A stretch of DNA of 64,000 nucleotides from an uncultured virus (IMG/VR IMGVR_UViG_3300044825_003205) (Duplodnaviria > Heunggongvirae > Uroviricota > Caudoviricetes): positions 1 through 64,000 of IMG/VR virus record IMGVR_UViG_3300044825_003205, one strand, 5' to 3'. The number at the start of each line of letters is the position of its first letter. Position 1 is the first letter of the stretch. A program made the translations under genes and the position numbers. The notes beneath the pieces are model-generated. The model was not told where the DNA came from. It ran no database searches and saw nothing but the letters and a program-made list of their open reading frames with translations. Of the stretch, positions 30,862-41,600 are shown one piece after another.

Positions 30862-32718
30862 TTATACTAAAACACAAGCACCACCTGCACAAGCTAACTC
30901 ACCACTCAAATCTGTTTCATCTTCCATTTCAACAATCTTAGACAAATCAACCTCATGTAAAGTTTGCATCAACTCTTCATATCTTTCTTTTGTACAATCT
31001 TCGAAAGGTGCTTGAATATATGTTCCTCCGTCATATGGTAACACTGATAATCCATTATAATGGTCTCTGTTTTCCCACATCCATTCACCTACCGCAGGCC
31101 ATTCATGTTCTCTAATTGATACTGTTGCTGAAACATTATGTGAATTACTACCACTTCTATGTCCAGGCTTAATCCAATCAACATGAACTTTTTTCACTCT
31201 ATCTAAAAGTTGAATTGGTGATTCATTTCTTAAAATTGAACCTTCAGGAGCTTTTTGTGGAATACCGATAACCGCAGTGTCGTGTGGTCTAAAATATTCA
31301 TCTTCAACTAACTCAGGATGATTTTCCTTTAAGTAAGTATAAATCGCCTCATTCTTACCAACTCTTACTCTTCTGATATAATAGTCGTTGTGCCAAGCGT
31401 GGATTCCTGATGAAGTACCTAAAGTAAGTGAAGTTGTACCTGCTGGTTTTACTGTAGTTGTTCTTGCTGCAGGATTAATACCAAGAAGTTCTGCAACTCT
31501 TTTATTCTCTTCCTTAACAATTTTAGAAGCAGACTTCATATCCAACTTTAACACAGCACCTGAACCAATACCTGTCATAGATACTCCAATCAAAGCATCC
31601 TTCTCGGTTGTTCTTTGCCATATTGGTCTTAAATAATGGAAGTTTGTGTATCCTGCTTGAAGTGTTCCACAGAAAGCCGCAGCTCTTACTCTGTCCTCAA
31701 AGTCTTCTTGTGATACAACGTTAGATACATTTACTTCTGTAAGATTACAGAATTGGAACGGTCTAAGTGCAATTTCACAACAAGGATTAGTTCCCCAATC
31801 TTTATCGTTAGTTAAGTAAATACCGGGTTCACCAGCTCCGCTAGCTTCAATTCTCTTCCAAAGGTCCATGAAGTAGTCTTTTGTTATTTTGTGTCGGAGC
31901 AACACAGCTGAGTTATTTGCTCTACCTCTTTGTGGATTTGTTTCCCACCAAGCACCTGACTTACAACCAATCATTTCATCATCAGTTGCTGAGAAAAGTG
32001 AAATCAAAGCAGCTCTTCTAATACCACCTGCCAACACTGCGTCTGCAATATGACATACCATATCATGAACTTCGATAGCTTTTAATTTCTCACCATTATC
32101 TTTTGAATCTAAAATACCTTCAAGTTTAATAAGACATTCCTTGAGTGGTTGTGGGCCAGGAGCCTTTCCACCTGATGTTACCAATCTTGCACCTTTAGGT
32201 CTGATATCGCTAAAGTCAAATTCAATATGAGAACCACCGTAGAAATATGATTTTACTAAAATTTTGACTGCATCTGCCCATCCTTCGATTGAGTCAGCAA
32301 CTAACCATCTCCTTTTTCTTTCTTTGTTTGGTTTAAGTATTTCAGGTAACGTTTCAACATGATGTTTTTGAACAGAATATCCTACACCCGTACCTCCTAA
32401 CAACAAGAACATAATTTCAGAAAAGACTCTCCAATCATCAATTGGTGCAAACGCACAATTGTATATTCTGTTTGGTGAAATTTCAATTGGTTTACCCGCA
32501 AACTGCATTGACCTCATTGATGGAAGAACTTGTTTCTTGAAAACATACATGTAGTTCTCTCTTATTTCTTTTTCTAAATTTGGAAACTGCTTGATATGCA
32601 TCTCCATGTTTCTTGTGACTAGTTCTTGCCACGTCTCTCTTCTGTTCAATTCAGGAATATATTTCGCGTATTTCATATACACGGTTATATCACTGAGAAT
32701 CCTGTTTGAAATGTCCAT
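30862..32718 (-). CDS. nrdJ: Class II (adenosylcobalamin-dependent) ribonucleotide reductase, monomeric RTPR type
   Basis: YNCAF, GGTGVG, NPCCEI active site, TTVKPAGT, C-terminal ACAGGAC redox pair; no beta subunit gene nearby. Confidence 0.9.
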   Translation of the reverse strand: MDISNRILSDITVYMKYAKYIPELNRRETWQELVTRNMEMHIKQFPNLEKEIRENYMYVFKKQVLPSMRSMQFAGKPIEISPNRIYNCAFAPIDDWRVFSEIMFLLLGGTGVGYSVQKHHVETLPEILKPNKERKRRWLVADSIEGWADAVKILVKSYFYGGSHIEFDFSDIRPKGARLVTSGGKAPGPQPLKECLIKLEGILDSKDNGEKLKAIEVHDMVCHIADAVLAGGIRRAALISLFSATDDEMIGCKSGAWWETNPQRGRANNSAVLLRHKITKDYFMDLWKRIEASGAGEPGIYLTNDKDWGTNPCCEIALRPFQFCNLTEVNVSNVVSQEDFEDRVRAAAFCGTLQAGYTNFHYLRPIWQRTTEKDALIGVSMTGIGSGAVLKLDMKSASKIVKEENKRVAELLGINPAARTTTVKPAGTTSLTLGTSSGIHAWHNDYYIRRVRVGKNEAIYTYLKENHPELVEDEYFRPHDTAVIGIPQKAPEGSILRNESPIQLLDRVKKVHVDWIKPGHRSGSNSHNVSATVSIREHEWPAVGEWMWENRDHYNGLSVLPYDGGTYIQAPFEDCTKERYEELMQTLHEVDLSKIVEMEDETDLSGELACAGGACVLV

Positions 32719-32777
32719 TTTTTAAATTTTTTTTGTTTTTGTTTTTATAAAAAATCGGTGATTTTAGTTATAAATAT

Positions 32778-32800
32778 AGGGTCGTGCAATATACGACCCT
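32778..32800. terminator. Hairpin between dnaB and nrdJ (possible terminator)
   Basis: agggtcgt-gcaatat-acgaccct inverted repeat. Confidence 0.5.
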
Positions 32801-32846
32801 TATTTTGATTAAAAAAAAGTAAGTTTTTTTCTAAAAAAGTAGATAT

Positions 32847-34229
32847 TTAGTTTGAAGTGTTTTTTGATTGTTCTTTTTGTTTTCTCTTATCAAGCAACTC
32901 TCTAACCCTATCTCTTTTCTTTTCTTCTTGTTGTTCTTCGAATCCTAAGAAAGTTACAGATGACTCAGTATCAATCTCTAATAATTCATTATTAAATTTA
33001 CAATTTTCAAATACAACTCCGTCTTTACCCAATCTTGATTTGGTAATCGCTATCGTTGCTAAATTCATTTCTTTTTGTTGTAGAGTTTTAGCGATAGAAA
33101 TAATTACGTGACCTACTTGAGCCTTTTTGATTGACCCACCCATTTGGTCGGTAGTTACAACCTCAGATGAAATCGAAGACCTGTTACCTTGTGTTGCAGT
33201 CCACCCTACTAAACTTAGTTCGTGACACATTGCCTCAAACTGCCTCATTACCGAACCTTCACTTTTCCATTCATCTTTGTTTGGATTTTCAGGGAGAACA
33301 CAATCAATATAATCTAACATAATCAAATCGATTTTGATTCCATCTGCAATCATCTTCCTAACCTGATTCTTAATTTGTAACATCGTCATAGTATCTGATG
33401 GTAACTTTCTAAGAACAAGTCTGTTCTGCATTGTTTCTTTTATTTCATGGATTTTATCCATTACTTTATCCTTATGTAAAACTAAGTTATCTGGTTCTAT
33501 ACCCGTCCAAAGTGTGAAATGTTTCCTTTGGATAATTTTGGGATTGTCTTCAAAAAATACTTGAAGTACGTTGTATCCATGATTGAATGCAGTATTTGCA
33601 ATCTTGGTTAGAATTGTTGTTTTACCAACACCTGTTGGAGCCAGTATGACACCAATCTCACCTTTAGCTAGTCCACCTTTCAGAAGTCGGTCGATACCTG
33701 GAATTCCCATCGGTATCGGATGTCTGAAGTCTTCATCAAGTACAGTTTCTAAATCGGAGAATACATCAGACATACCATCTGTTGTCTGTCCAACTTGAAG
33801 AGCATCTCTTACCAAAGTTTCTACTTTATCATAAGATTCGAAATCACCTTCGTTAATGATTTTTTGTGCCTTTTCCATGGCTTTCTGTAACTCTTGTTGT
33901 TTACAGAACTTTAACCCTTTTTCTTGAACAAAAGTAACTCCCTCAAAAGGTGCCGATTTTATTTGTTTTAGTGTATCCAAAACAATTTTAGCAACTAACT
34001 CTTGTTGAATTTCTGATTTAACAATTTGTTCTATTGTCTCAAAGGCAGGTGTGGACTCGTATTTTGCGTAATACTCTTTAATCATCTGTACGATGATTTT
34101 GAAGTATTTGTTATCGAAGTAAGAACTTTCTAAAACATCCATAATGGTGGATGAGAATGTCTTATCAAGGATAATCTGATTGATAAGTTGTAACTGAAAT
34201 GTATTACCGAGGTAATCGAAATTTTTCAT
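32847..34229 (-). CDS. dnaB: Replicative DNA helicase (DnaB / T4 gp41-like)
   Basis: GGLAKGEIGVILAPTGVGKT Walker A; IMLDYID Walker B; WTATQGNR; KSRLG. Confidence 0.92.
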   Translation of the reverse strand: MKNFDYLGNTFQLQLINQIILDKTFSSTIMDVLESSYFDNKYFKIIVQMIKEYYAKYESTPAFETIEQIVKSEIQQELVAKIVLDTLKQIKSAPFEGVTFVQEKGLKFCKQQELQKAMEKAQKIINEGDFESYDKVETLVRDALQVGQTTDGMSDVFSDLETVLDEDFRHPIPMGIPGIDRLLKGGLAKGEIGVILAPTGVGKTTILTKIANTAFNHGYNVLQVFFEDNPKIIQRKHFTLWTGIEPDNLVLHKDKVMDKIHEIKETMQNRLVLRKLPSDTMTMLQIKNQVRKMIADGIKIDLIMLDYIDCVLPENPNKDEWKSEGSVMRQFEAMCHELSLVGWTATQGNRSSISSEVVTTDQMGGSIKKAQVGHVIISIAKTLQQKEMNLATIAITKSRLGKDGVVFENCKFNNELLEIDTESSVTFLGFEEQQEEKKRDRVRELLDKRKQKEQSKNTSN

Positions 34230-34261
34230 AGTAGAACTGAGCCCCTCTATTAATTAAATAC

Positions 34262-34717
34262 TTACTTTGCTAAGTCGTATTCTAGATATTTGAAAGATAA
34301 TTTGGTTTCTGAAAAAATGTCAGTTAGAGTTTTCAAAATTTCTTTCAAGTATGGTCTAACATCCACGGTATAACGAACTTTTGGTGGGAACATTTTTCCG
34401 TCAAAAATTCTATGACAAATTGTCTGGTCATTGAATTTTACATAAAGGTTAAAATACTCAGGTCCGTCAGTGAAAGATGTTTCCATAACAGATGGGTCAT
34501 GCATGATTGACTCTTTGTTATCCATCATGTAAATAACTGTCTTCATTTTTAAGTCATACTTCAGTGTATCCGCAGTTCTTTTCATAAAGTCATACAACTC
34601 TAATGAATTTTTTGCCTTCGGATTAAATCCTTTGACGTTAAAGAATCTTTGGACAACGATGTTGTCATTCAAGGTTAGTAGGAATTCTAATTTAGTAATT
34701 TCCTGTTCTCTGTTCAT
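34262..34717 (-). CDS. Hypothetical protein in the replication block
   Basis: ORF track, 151 aa; A-rich start context. Confidence 0.6.
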   Translation of the reverse strand: MNREQEITKLEFLLTLNDNIVVQRFFNVKGFNPKAKNSLELYDFMKRTADTLKYDLKMKTVIYMMDNKESIMHDPSVMETSFTDGPEYFNLYVKFNDQTICHRIFDGKMFPPKVRYTVDVRPYLKEILKTLTDIFSETKLSFKYLEYDLAK

Positions 34718-34735
34718 TTTTTGTTTTTTTGGTTA

Positions 34736-35734
34736 TTAAATTTTTCGTTTTTCTTTTCTAATCAATTTCATGAATGGTTTAACAAAGTTGACCCAAGCCT
34801 CATCATTTTTTGGTAGAAACTTAAATAGACCGTCAGAGACCATCATTTTCATCAAGTTTTTATATCCCCTGTTTTCGGGGTCGAAAACATCATTATAAAT
34901 CTGTTCGACAATTTGTTTTCCTTCATCGGAAATTAATGGTTGTTGTAGGTCAACAAGTTTTTGGTTAGTAATAAAGTATTCTTCTCCAAGTATACCTCTT
35001 TTTGTTGTTCCCGTCAATAGGTTACTAATCAATTTAACCTTGGACTTTTGCTCGATTTCTCGTGCATTGTTGATTATTTCATCAATAGTGCATGGTTTAT
35101 CAAGCATCTGAGGAAAAAATTTCAACATACTTTTTTCACCGAAAAGTTTTATTCCGTCTATGTTGTCTGATTTGTCGCCAGTTAATACTTTATAAACCAT
35201 AACATTTTGATGTGGTATGTCTATCGAACCCATTTTTATTTTATCACCGTACTTGTAATATCTTTTTTGAACTGGCGAATATATAGTAACTTTATTAGAT
35301 ATTAATTGCGTTAGGTCTTTATCTGCTGAAAATATAATAACTTGTTCTTCCTTACATATTTGTGTGTAGTACGCAATTAAATCGTCTGCCTCATTACCAA
35401 ACATTTCAACTTGTCTAACGAAAACTTCTTCAAGATATTCTTTTACTCTTTGTTTTTGTTGTAGATAGGATTCATACTTAAAATCCATCATAGATTGTTT
35501 ACGGTTCGCCTTGTATTCAGAGTATAGTAGCTTCCTCGCACTTGAATTAGATTCGGCATCCCAAAAGACAACAACCTTATCATGGTTATGTTCTTCCAAA
35601 AATTTTCTTAGGGTGTTTATAAAATGAAAGATTCCACCAACATGTTCAGACTCATTGAATAAATCTTTAACACCGTGGAATCCTATTTTGAATAAATTAT
35701 CACCATCTACCAAAAGGGTTTTAGTCATAATCAT
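34736..35734 (-). CDS. 5'-3' exonuclease / flap endonuclease (PolI N-terminal domain, T4 RNase H-like)
   Basis: LLVDGDN, YKANR, EADDLIA, SADKDLTQL, GDKSDNIDGI motifs. Confidence 0.92.
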   Translation of the reverse strand: MIMTKTLLVDGDNLFKIGFHGVKDLFNESEHVGGIFHFINTLRKFLEEHNHDKVVVFWDAESNSSARKLLYSEYKANRKQSMMDFKYESYLQQKQRVKEYLEEVFVRQVEMFGNEADDLIAYYTQICKEEQVIIFSADKDLTQLISNKVTIYSPVQKRYYKYGDKIKMGSIDIPHQNVMVYKVLTGDKSDNIDGIKLFGEKSMLKFFPQMLDKPCTIDEIINNAREIEQKSKVKLISNLLTGTTKRGILGEEYFITNQKLVDLQQPLISDEGKQIVEQIYNDVFDPENRGYKNLMKMMVSDGLFKFLPKNDEAWVNFVKPFMKLIRKEKRKI

Positions 35735-35743
35735 TCTATATTG

Positions 35744-36748
35744 TTAACTATCTTCTTTTTCTTCTTTCAAGTCAAAATCACCTTCACTTCCAATAATATC
35801 TTTCCAATAGTCGGCATATTCTTTTTTGTATGACTCAATGGAGGCTTTCTCTTCTGTAGAATCCTTACCCGCTAAAAATCCATGTGGTGTTACAATAATT
35901 TTGCCGTCGTCGAAACCTAATCCATTTATGTGGTTTTTCATTACCGATACTTTGGACCTAATTGCAAATTTGACACTCCTCTTATCTTTAGTCGCAGTAA
36001 TTTTAGTTGTACCAGCACCTTTTTGGTTTCCAAATAAAAATACTAATGATGAGTTTAACCAAACTGATTCACCACCTTTAGCTTTAATTTTTGGTTGACC
36101 GAAAGGATTATCGGGAAGTTCAACCCAAGGTTGATTAATAATGATGAGGGTATTTTCATATTCAGTGTCTGCCTTTCTTGAACCTGAAATTCTTTGGTTG
36201 ATACCCATTCCAATTTTATCAGAAAGGACAGAAGCATTGTGTTGTTTTCCTCCCTTACCTTCATAAGTCATTTTACATGGAACCGAACCAACTGAATCCC
36301 AAATGAAACATAAACTATAGTTTAGTTCCCCTTTTTCTTGAGCATCCAACAACTGATTTATGTAATCAGTAATTTGTTCTATATAACTAAAATTGTTATT
36401 GAAAAGGAAGAATCCATCCCAATCCATTTCACCTGTTTCCTTATCAGGAACTTCTTCACAATCGAAACCCATCAGTCTCGCATGGTCAAAACTCCATTTT
36501 TGTTCTGTGATTATGAAGACAGGAAGTATCCCTTTTTTTTGAGCATCGACCGCAGATTTGACTGCCGCAGTAGTTTTCCCTGTGTCCGAGTGTCCTAAAA
36601 ACATATTGATGTGTCCAATAGCAGGACCAGGTATACCAACAGCATCCAAGAAATCTTGACCTAAGTCTAAAAATCTTTGTGGTTTATATTTTGCTGAAGT
36701 TGAAAACTTTTTCTTAAGACTGCTAAATTCAGTTTTTTTAATTGCCAT
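35744..36748 (-). CDS. uvsX: RecA/UvsX-like recombinase
   Basis: GHSDTGKT Walker A, FIWDSVG Walker B, IIINQ, KGG, KNH motifs. Confidence 0.85.
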   Translation of the reverse strand: MAIKKTEFSSLKKKFSTSAKYKPQRFLDLGQDFLDAVGIPGPAIGHINMFLGHSDTGKTTAAVKSAVDAQKKGILPVFIITEQKWSFDHARLMGFDCEEVPDKETGEMDWDGFFLFNNNFSYIEQITDYINQLLDAQEKGELNYSLCFIWDSVGSVPCKMTYEGKGGKQHNASVLSDKIGMGINQRISGSRKADTEYENTLIIINQPWVELPDNPFGQPKIKAKGGESVWLNSSLVFLFGNQKGAGTTKITATKDKRSVKFAIRSKVSVMKNHINGLGFDDGKIIVTPHGFLAGKDSTEEKASIESYKKEYADYWKDIIGSEGDFDLKEEKEDS

Positions 36749-36760
36749 AAATTGTAGTTG

Positions 36761-36807
36761 AAAAAAAGGACTTAGATACTCGATTGATTCCGGTACCTAA
36801 GTCCTTT
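36761..36807 (-). terminator. Rho-independent terminator-like hairpin downstream of the SSB gene
   Basis: aaaggacttag...ctaagtccttt stem followed by a T7 run on the minus strand. Confidence 0.6.
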
Positions 36808-36816
36808 GTATTTTAA

Positions 36817-37659
36817 TTAGAATGGTAAGTCACCATCAACATCCGCATCCGCTTGTGGGTCCACATAGCTTTTCTTACTTCCTCCCATTGATGTCTCAGA
36901 GTCCGTAGAATCACCGTAAACGTATCCACCTCTCTCACTATCCCATCTTGGAGTTTCACCTCTTGCAATAGCCTCTAAATACTCTACAGGTTTTTTGCTA
37001 TAAACATCTAACCAAGTCAACTCATCATCAACCCATACTTTACCTTGTTTTTTGTCTTCATGAACAGGTGATGGGTCATCGTACATAATTGTTGATACAG
37101 TGGTATACTCTTTCCCTTTTGGGGTTTTAGACTTAGTCAATTCGATAATGAGGTCACGACCTTTTTCAGGGTCAGTGATATCACCCTTGTTTCTCCAAAT
37201 AGGAATAATCTTATCCAAGATACCGTCGTTTTTATAGTTGTGTTTGAACCTCCAAAACTTTGGTCCTTCTTCCTCCTTATCTCTATCAATAACTTTTACA
37301 ATATAAAACTTACGTGACTTGTATTGTTTAGCTAATTCTTTGTCAGATTCTTTACCCGTTGAGATAAGTTCTTCGTAGACTTCATTCAAAGGTGAACGTT
37401 CGTTGTCGTTTTTTCCTGGGTCGTAGAACTTTTGCCATTTACCACCTACTTGGATTTCGTGATACCAAGCCTCAACAAATGGTGAAGAACCATCTTTGGT
37501 TGGCAAGATTCGGATTCTTCTTTGACCTGAATTTTCTTTATCTCCTAAAATAAGAGCAAAGTATTTTTTCATTCTTTCCTCTTGAGACATGTTAGATTGG
37601 GCCCCGCCCGATTGTTTTGATTTTTCGTACTGTGCCAATACGGCGTCTAATGTATTCAT
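36817..37659 (-). CDS. Single-stranded DNA-binding protein (T4 gp32-like)
   Basis: RIRILP..GSSPF, DITDPEKGRDL and acidic C-terminus ending DGDLPF. Confidence 0.85.
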   Translation of the reverse strand: MNTLDAVLAQYEKSKQSGGAQSNMSQEERMKKYFALILGDKENSGQRRIRILPTKDGSSPFVEAWYHEIQVGGKWQKFYDPGKNDNERSPLNEVYEELISTGKESDKELAKQYKSRKFYIVKVIDRDKEEEGPKFWRFKHNYKNDGILDKIIPIWRNKGDITDPEKGRDLIIELTKSKTPKGKEYTTVSTIMYDDPSPVHEDKKQGKVWVDDELTWLDVYSKKPVEYLEAIARGETPRWDSERGGYVYGDSTDSETSMGGSKKSYVDPQADADVDGDLPF

Positions 37660-37677
37660 ATTTTAAAATTTATAATG

Positions 37678-37709
37678 CAAATATAATTACTATTTTAATA
37701 TCAGTCAAA
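37678..37709 (-). promoter_or_regulatory. Bacteroidota primary-sigma promoter (TTTG-N20-TATATTTG) upstream of the SSB gene
   Basis: Minus strand reads TTTG actgatattaaaatagtaat TATATTTG, an exact match to the TTTG-N19-21-TAnnTTTG consensus, 18 nt upstream of ATG 37659. Confidence 0.75.
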
Positions 37710-37710
37710 T

Positions 37711-37735
37711 AAAAAAGGTCACCTCAGTGACCTTT
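37711..37735 (-). terminator. Rho-independent terminator ending the upstream tail transcript
   Basis: aaaggtcac-ctca-gtgaccttt stem followed by a T tract on the minus strand. Confidence 0.7.
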
Positions 37736-37740
37736 CTAAA

Positions 37741-38376
37741 TTAATATTCGTTTTCCGATTGTGGTGAGAAGCTGTCTTTAACTTCCTTATCTACAATGTC
37801 GGTGACTTGGTCTGAAGTTAAAACATAATCTTTTTTTCCTGTTTTTTCCATTTCTTCTTTTTTATCTTCAAAAAAGTCAGAAAGTTTCTGAGTGAAAGGA
37901 TATGAATCGTATGTTCTTAATTCCAACTTTTCTTGTGGAGTTTTTTCCCTATACTTCTCTATTTTACTTTCGAGAGAATTTAATTTACTCACGATAGAAT
38001 CCATTTCAGAAAGTTTCTTTTCTAAATTTTCTATTTGACTGAATAAGTTATTGAAATAATCTTCTTGTTTTTTCTCTATTGTCTCTTGTGACTTAACTAA
38101 GTCCGTAACATCCAATTCCTCAGTACCTCCACCTGATTCTTCAGACTCACCCTTGTCATCGATTTTTTCAACTTCAGGGTCTGCTTCAACATCTATTGGT
38201 GTTGGTGGTACATCAGGTTGTGGTGTTTCACCTGCGGGAGGAGCGACTTCCTCACCGGGAGCTGGTGGCGGTGGCGGTACAGCACCTGCGGTCTCAGGAG
38301 CAACTTGTTCATTTACATAATTATTTATGAAATGATACCTTTCTATTTCACTTAATATTTTCTTATCGATTCCCAT
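37741..38376 (-). CDS. Hypothetical acidic, Pro-rich, coiled-coil protein
   Basis: ORF track; PPPPPAP linker, acidic tract, heptad-like segment. Confidence 0.65.
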   Translation of the reverse strand: MGIDKKILSEIERYHFINNYVNEQVAPETAGAVPPPPPAPGEEVAPPAGETPQPDVPPTPIDVEADPEVEKIDDKGESEESGGGTEELDVTDLVKSQETIEKKQEDYFNNLFSQIENLEKKLSEMDSIVSKLNSLESKIEKYREKTPQEKLELRTYDSYPFTQKLSDFFEDKKEEMEKTGKKDYVLTSDQVTDIVDKEVKDSFSPQSENEY

Positions 38377-38378
38377 TT

Positions 38379-38603
38379 TTATCCGTTTAATAATTGTTTA
38401 ATACCTTTTGCGGTTTCTACCTTAACTTTTCTATTGGTGTAAACTTGGTGTCCTGCTCTCTCAATCAATCCATCTTTTTCTCTTACGATGTAGCAATCAC
38501 CAGTATCTAAATCACAAACTTCTTTGGTTCCATTACCCATATCTTCTTCACTAAACCTAACTTGTTTACCCAAATAATTGTTCAAAACGTTATTTAAATT
38601 CAT
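38379..38603 (-). CDS. Small hypothetical protein
   Basis: ORF track, 74 aa; upstream TATTTAT motif. Confidence 0.6.
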   Translation of the reverse strand: MNLNNVLNNYLGKQVRFSEEDMGNGTKEVCDLDTGDCYIVREKDGLIERAGHQVYTNRKVKVETAKGIKQLLNG

Positions 38604-38667
38604 AAAATTTGTTTCCTATAAATATATGTGAAATAACAAATATTAAAAAATCTTCGTACTTGAACTG

Positions 38668-41600
38668 TTATCTTGTAGTGGTGGCACTAGAATTATTAAC
38701 GAACACATAAGTATCTGTGCTTTCCACGGTGCCACCGCTAGTTATAATTTTAATTTTGCCTGACACCTTTGTGATTGGTGTAAAAGTAATACCGGTCGCG
38801 TTAATCGACTGAATTGTGACTTTATTTTCATTCAGAAATACTTGAGTGTTACCGAGTAGATTTGTTCCTGACAAACTAATTGGTTGTATAACTCCCGAAG
38901 TTGTTTGACTCTTTGGGTCAAATTTAGTAATCGTTGGTGGTAAACATTTTGGTTTACCTGAAGTACTTGTACCCTGATTGTTTGTAGGATTATTTTGTCT
39001 TTCCGGGTCATTCGTTCCGACTGTCCCGTCTATTAGTTTTCTAACGTCAATTTGTTGTATACCTAATGAAGTGTTCGTTGCTAGTTGATTGAAAGAATTT
39101 AAACCTGCTTCCAATCTTGCACCGTTTTGTTTGATGTTGTCATTAGTCCTTCTTCCCGAATAGAAAAACGGTTCACTCACTGAACTTTTAGTGTTCGGAT
39201 AGTAACAATTATAGAATAACCATAAACCTTCCTTTTCGATTAAGTTTCTTCTTTGTCTTAGTCTTTCATATAAAAATTCGACAAACTTATCGGTTGTGTT
39301 GAAAACCGCCCAAGGGGAATCTCTTAATTTATTTTTCACACACATATATGTTTTTTCAAAGTAATCATTATATGTAGGAGAAAAATTTTCACTTAGATTT
39401 ATTGCCGCACTATAATTGTTTCCATAACCCATGAACTTATTTTCTTTAAATGTTGAGACATAACAAATAGAATAGATAATTGCCTTCATACTTATGTCCG
39501 TAACATTTTTCTTGATAAGAACATCATTTATCGAAGTTATCATCTGTTCTGGTGTTATATTTGTTGCAACAAATTTTGTACTAACGAATTGGTTATTCAG
39601 ATATACCAAATCTACGTTATTAACACAAGAGTTTTCAGGACTTGGTGATTGTTTCGCATCTGAAACTTTTTTATCCGCCTTTCCTTGGTCTGTAGTTGGT
39701 GGTACCGATGGTTTTTCCGAACTATTTTTTATGAGTGCTTCTACCTTCGTCAGTAAGTTTTGATTTATACTTTGTAGGTATTTGTCAATTTGAGGATAAT
39801 CAAATACAGCCTGTCTTATTCCATTGAATTGTGTTTGGAACGAACCTGGTGTTATAGTGTGAGTAACCTCTTGAATCATATAAGGTCCATTGAACATAGG
39901 AACATGTCTAAGATTAAAATACATTGTAGGTTGAATCATAGCATTACCCACAGCTACAACTGTACAAGGGTAACTTCTTTGGTTATATAAATTATATAAT
40001 CCTACGTTCTGTGTTGCGTTACCAAGTCCGCTTGCAAGTGTTGACATGTTGTATACCTGTGATATAGCTTCAGCAGTTGCTTTACCTGAATCTTGTCCTA
40101 CCTGAAACGAATAAAAAATATTTTGATTTCTTACTCCGATATCAACGTTAAACCCAACACATTTATTAGATAATCCCCAATCTGTTTTTCCCTGTTGATT
40201 TTCAACTAATGGATTGTCTGAAGCCCTCCTCAAATCAAACGCATCTGTTTTGAATCTATAATAGTTGTTGTCGGGTAATTCCAAATAATTAGATGGTTTA
40301 CCTGTAAAGAAACAAACCATTTTCGGACCTGAATCTCTATAGTCAACACTTAAGAAAGTTCCCCATAAGTTGTTAGCAAAATTTAAAGTACCTTCAGGTT
40401 TCCTATTCGAAATACCATCAACATCTTGAACGTTATAAAAATTAACATATGCCGGTAGATTCATGATTGAAAAATTATTGTCAATCAATATACCAGCTAA
40501 AAGTGTGTAAACACTCATAATTTCGTTCATAGAACTTGTTGATAACATACTCTTGAGTCTGAAGACATCAATCAGTAAATCGTCTCCTATGTTTCTTGAA
40601 GCCCTATCTAAGAAAAGAATGTCTTCAAATATTGTTTTACTTTCATAATCTCCTCCTGCAATCCATTTGTCATTTAGTGCTTTGAATGTTTCATATATTG
40701 TGACCTTGGATTGTTGTCCGTCAACAACTGATTGTTTTGTTGTTTCTTGAACCTGACTTTGTCCACTCAAATTTTGTCTCAAGTTGTTCATTACACTGTT
40801 TATGAATAAATCCTGCAGACTTTGACATTGGTCAATATATTGCTGAAGTCTGACTCTAAATCCTGCGACGGTGATGGATTGTAGTTTTTGAGTTGCATAC
40901 ATTTTTATAATAGGTGCAAGTATCTGAATATTCGGAACAGAAAATTTAATATTATTGTCTATGAAAAAATCTGTGATGTAAGACCCTTGGTCTTTGTACC
41001 TCAAAGCCTCAATTGTCGAAAAACCAACTTGTAGTTCCAACTCTAACCATTCTTTTGGGTATTGTTGTTTGGATAGTCCAAGAGTTATTCCTCCTGTTGT
41101 AGGCAGTGAACCTTTCACATAGGGTTCGAAGTTTATTGGGTCAACAAGTTGTGGTGTTGTGTTATGTGAGAGGAACGATGCAAAAATTCTCCTATTATAT
41201 TCAGAGGGATTACCGTATTTGAATACAATATCATATTCCATGAAAGTAGTAAGTTGGTTATTTACAACATCGAACTGTTCTCCAATTGTCTTCGTGAAAA
41301 AGGTTTCTTGTGGTATATTTGATGTATTAGGTTTGACCAACATCATATTTTTAAAAAGTAGTTGAAAGTTTCTAAAAACGTCATTCGCCTCTGAGGCAAA
41401 ATTGTTGTAGGATGCAATACTAGTATCTGTAATATCTGAAATAGGTTTACTGAAGTTCAGGAACTCTTCTTCAAACCTATCTAGAATATTTTTTTCAAAA
41501 ACACCGAACACATCATCGATTTTCATATAGTTCTCCAATTCAGAAAATCTAAATGGGACCATGTCGATTGCATTTGGTTGGTATGTGTTTAAGTATTCAT

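Noticed and set aside
30862..36748. Inteins or introns in nrdJ, dnaB or the recombinase
   Set aside because: Protein lengths are normal, and I saw no intein or homing-endonuclease motifs
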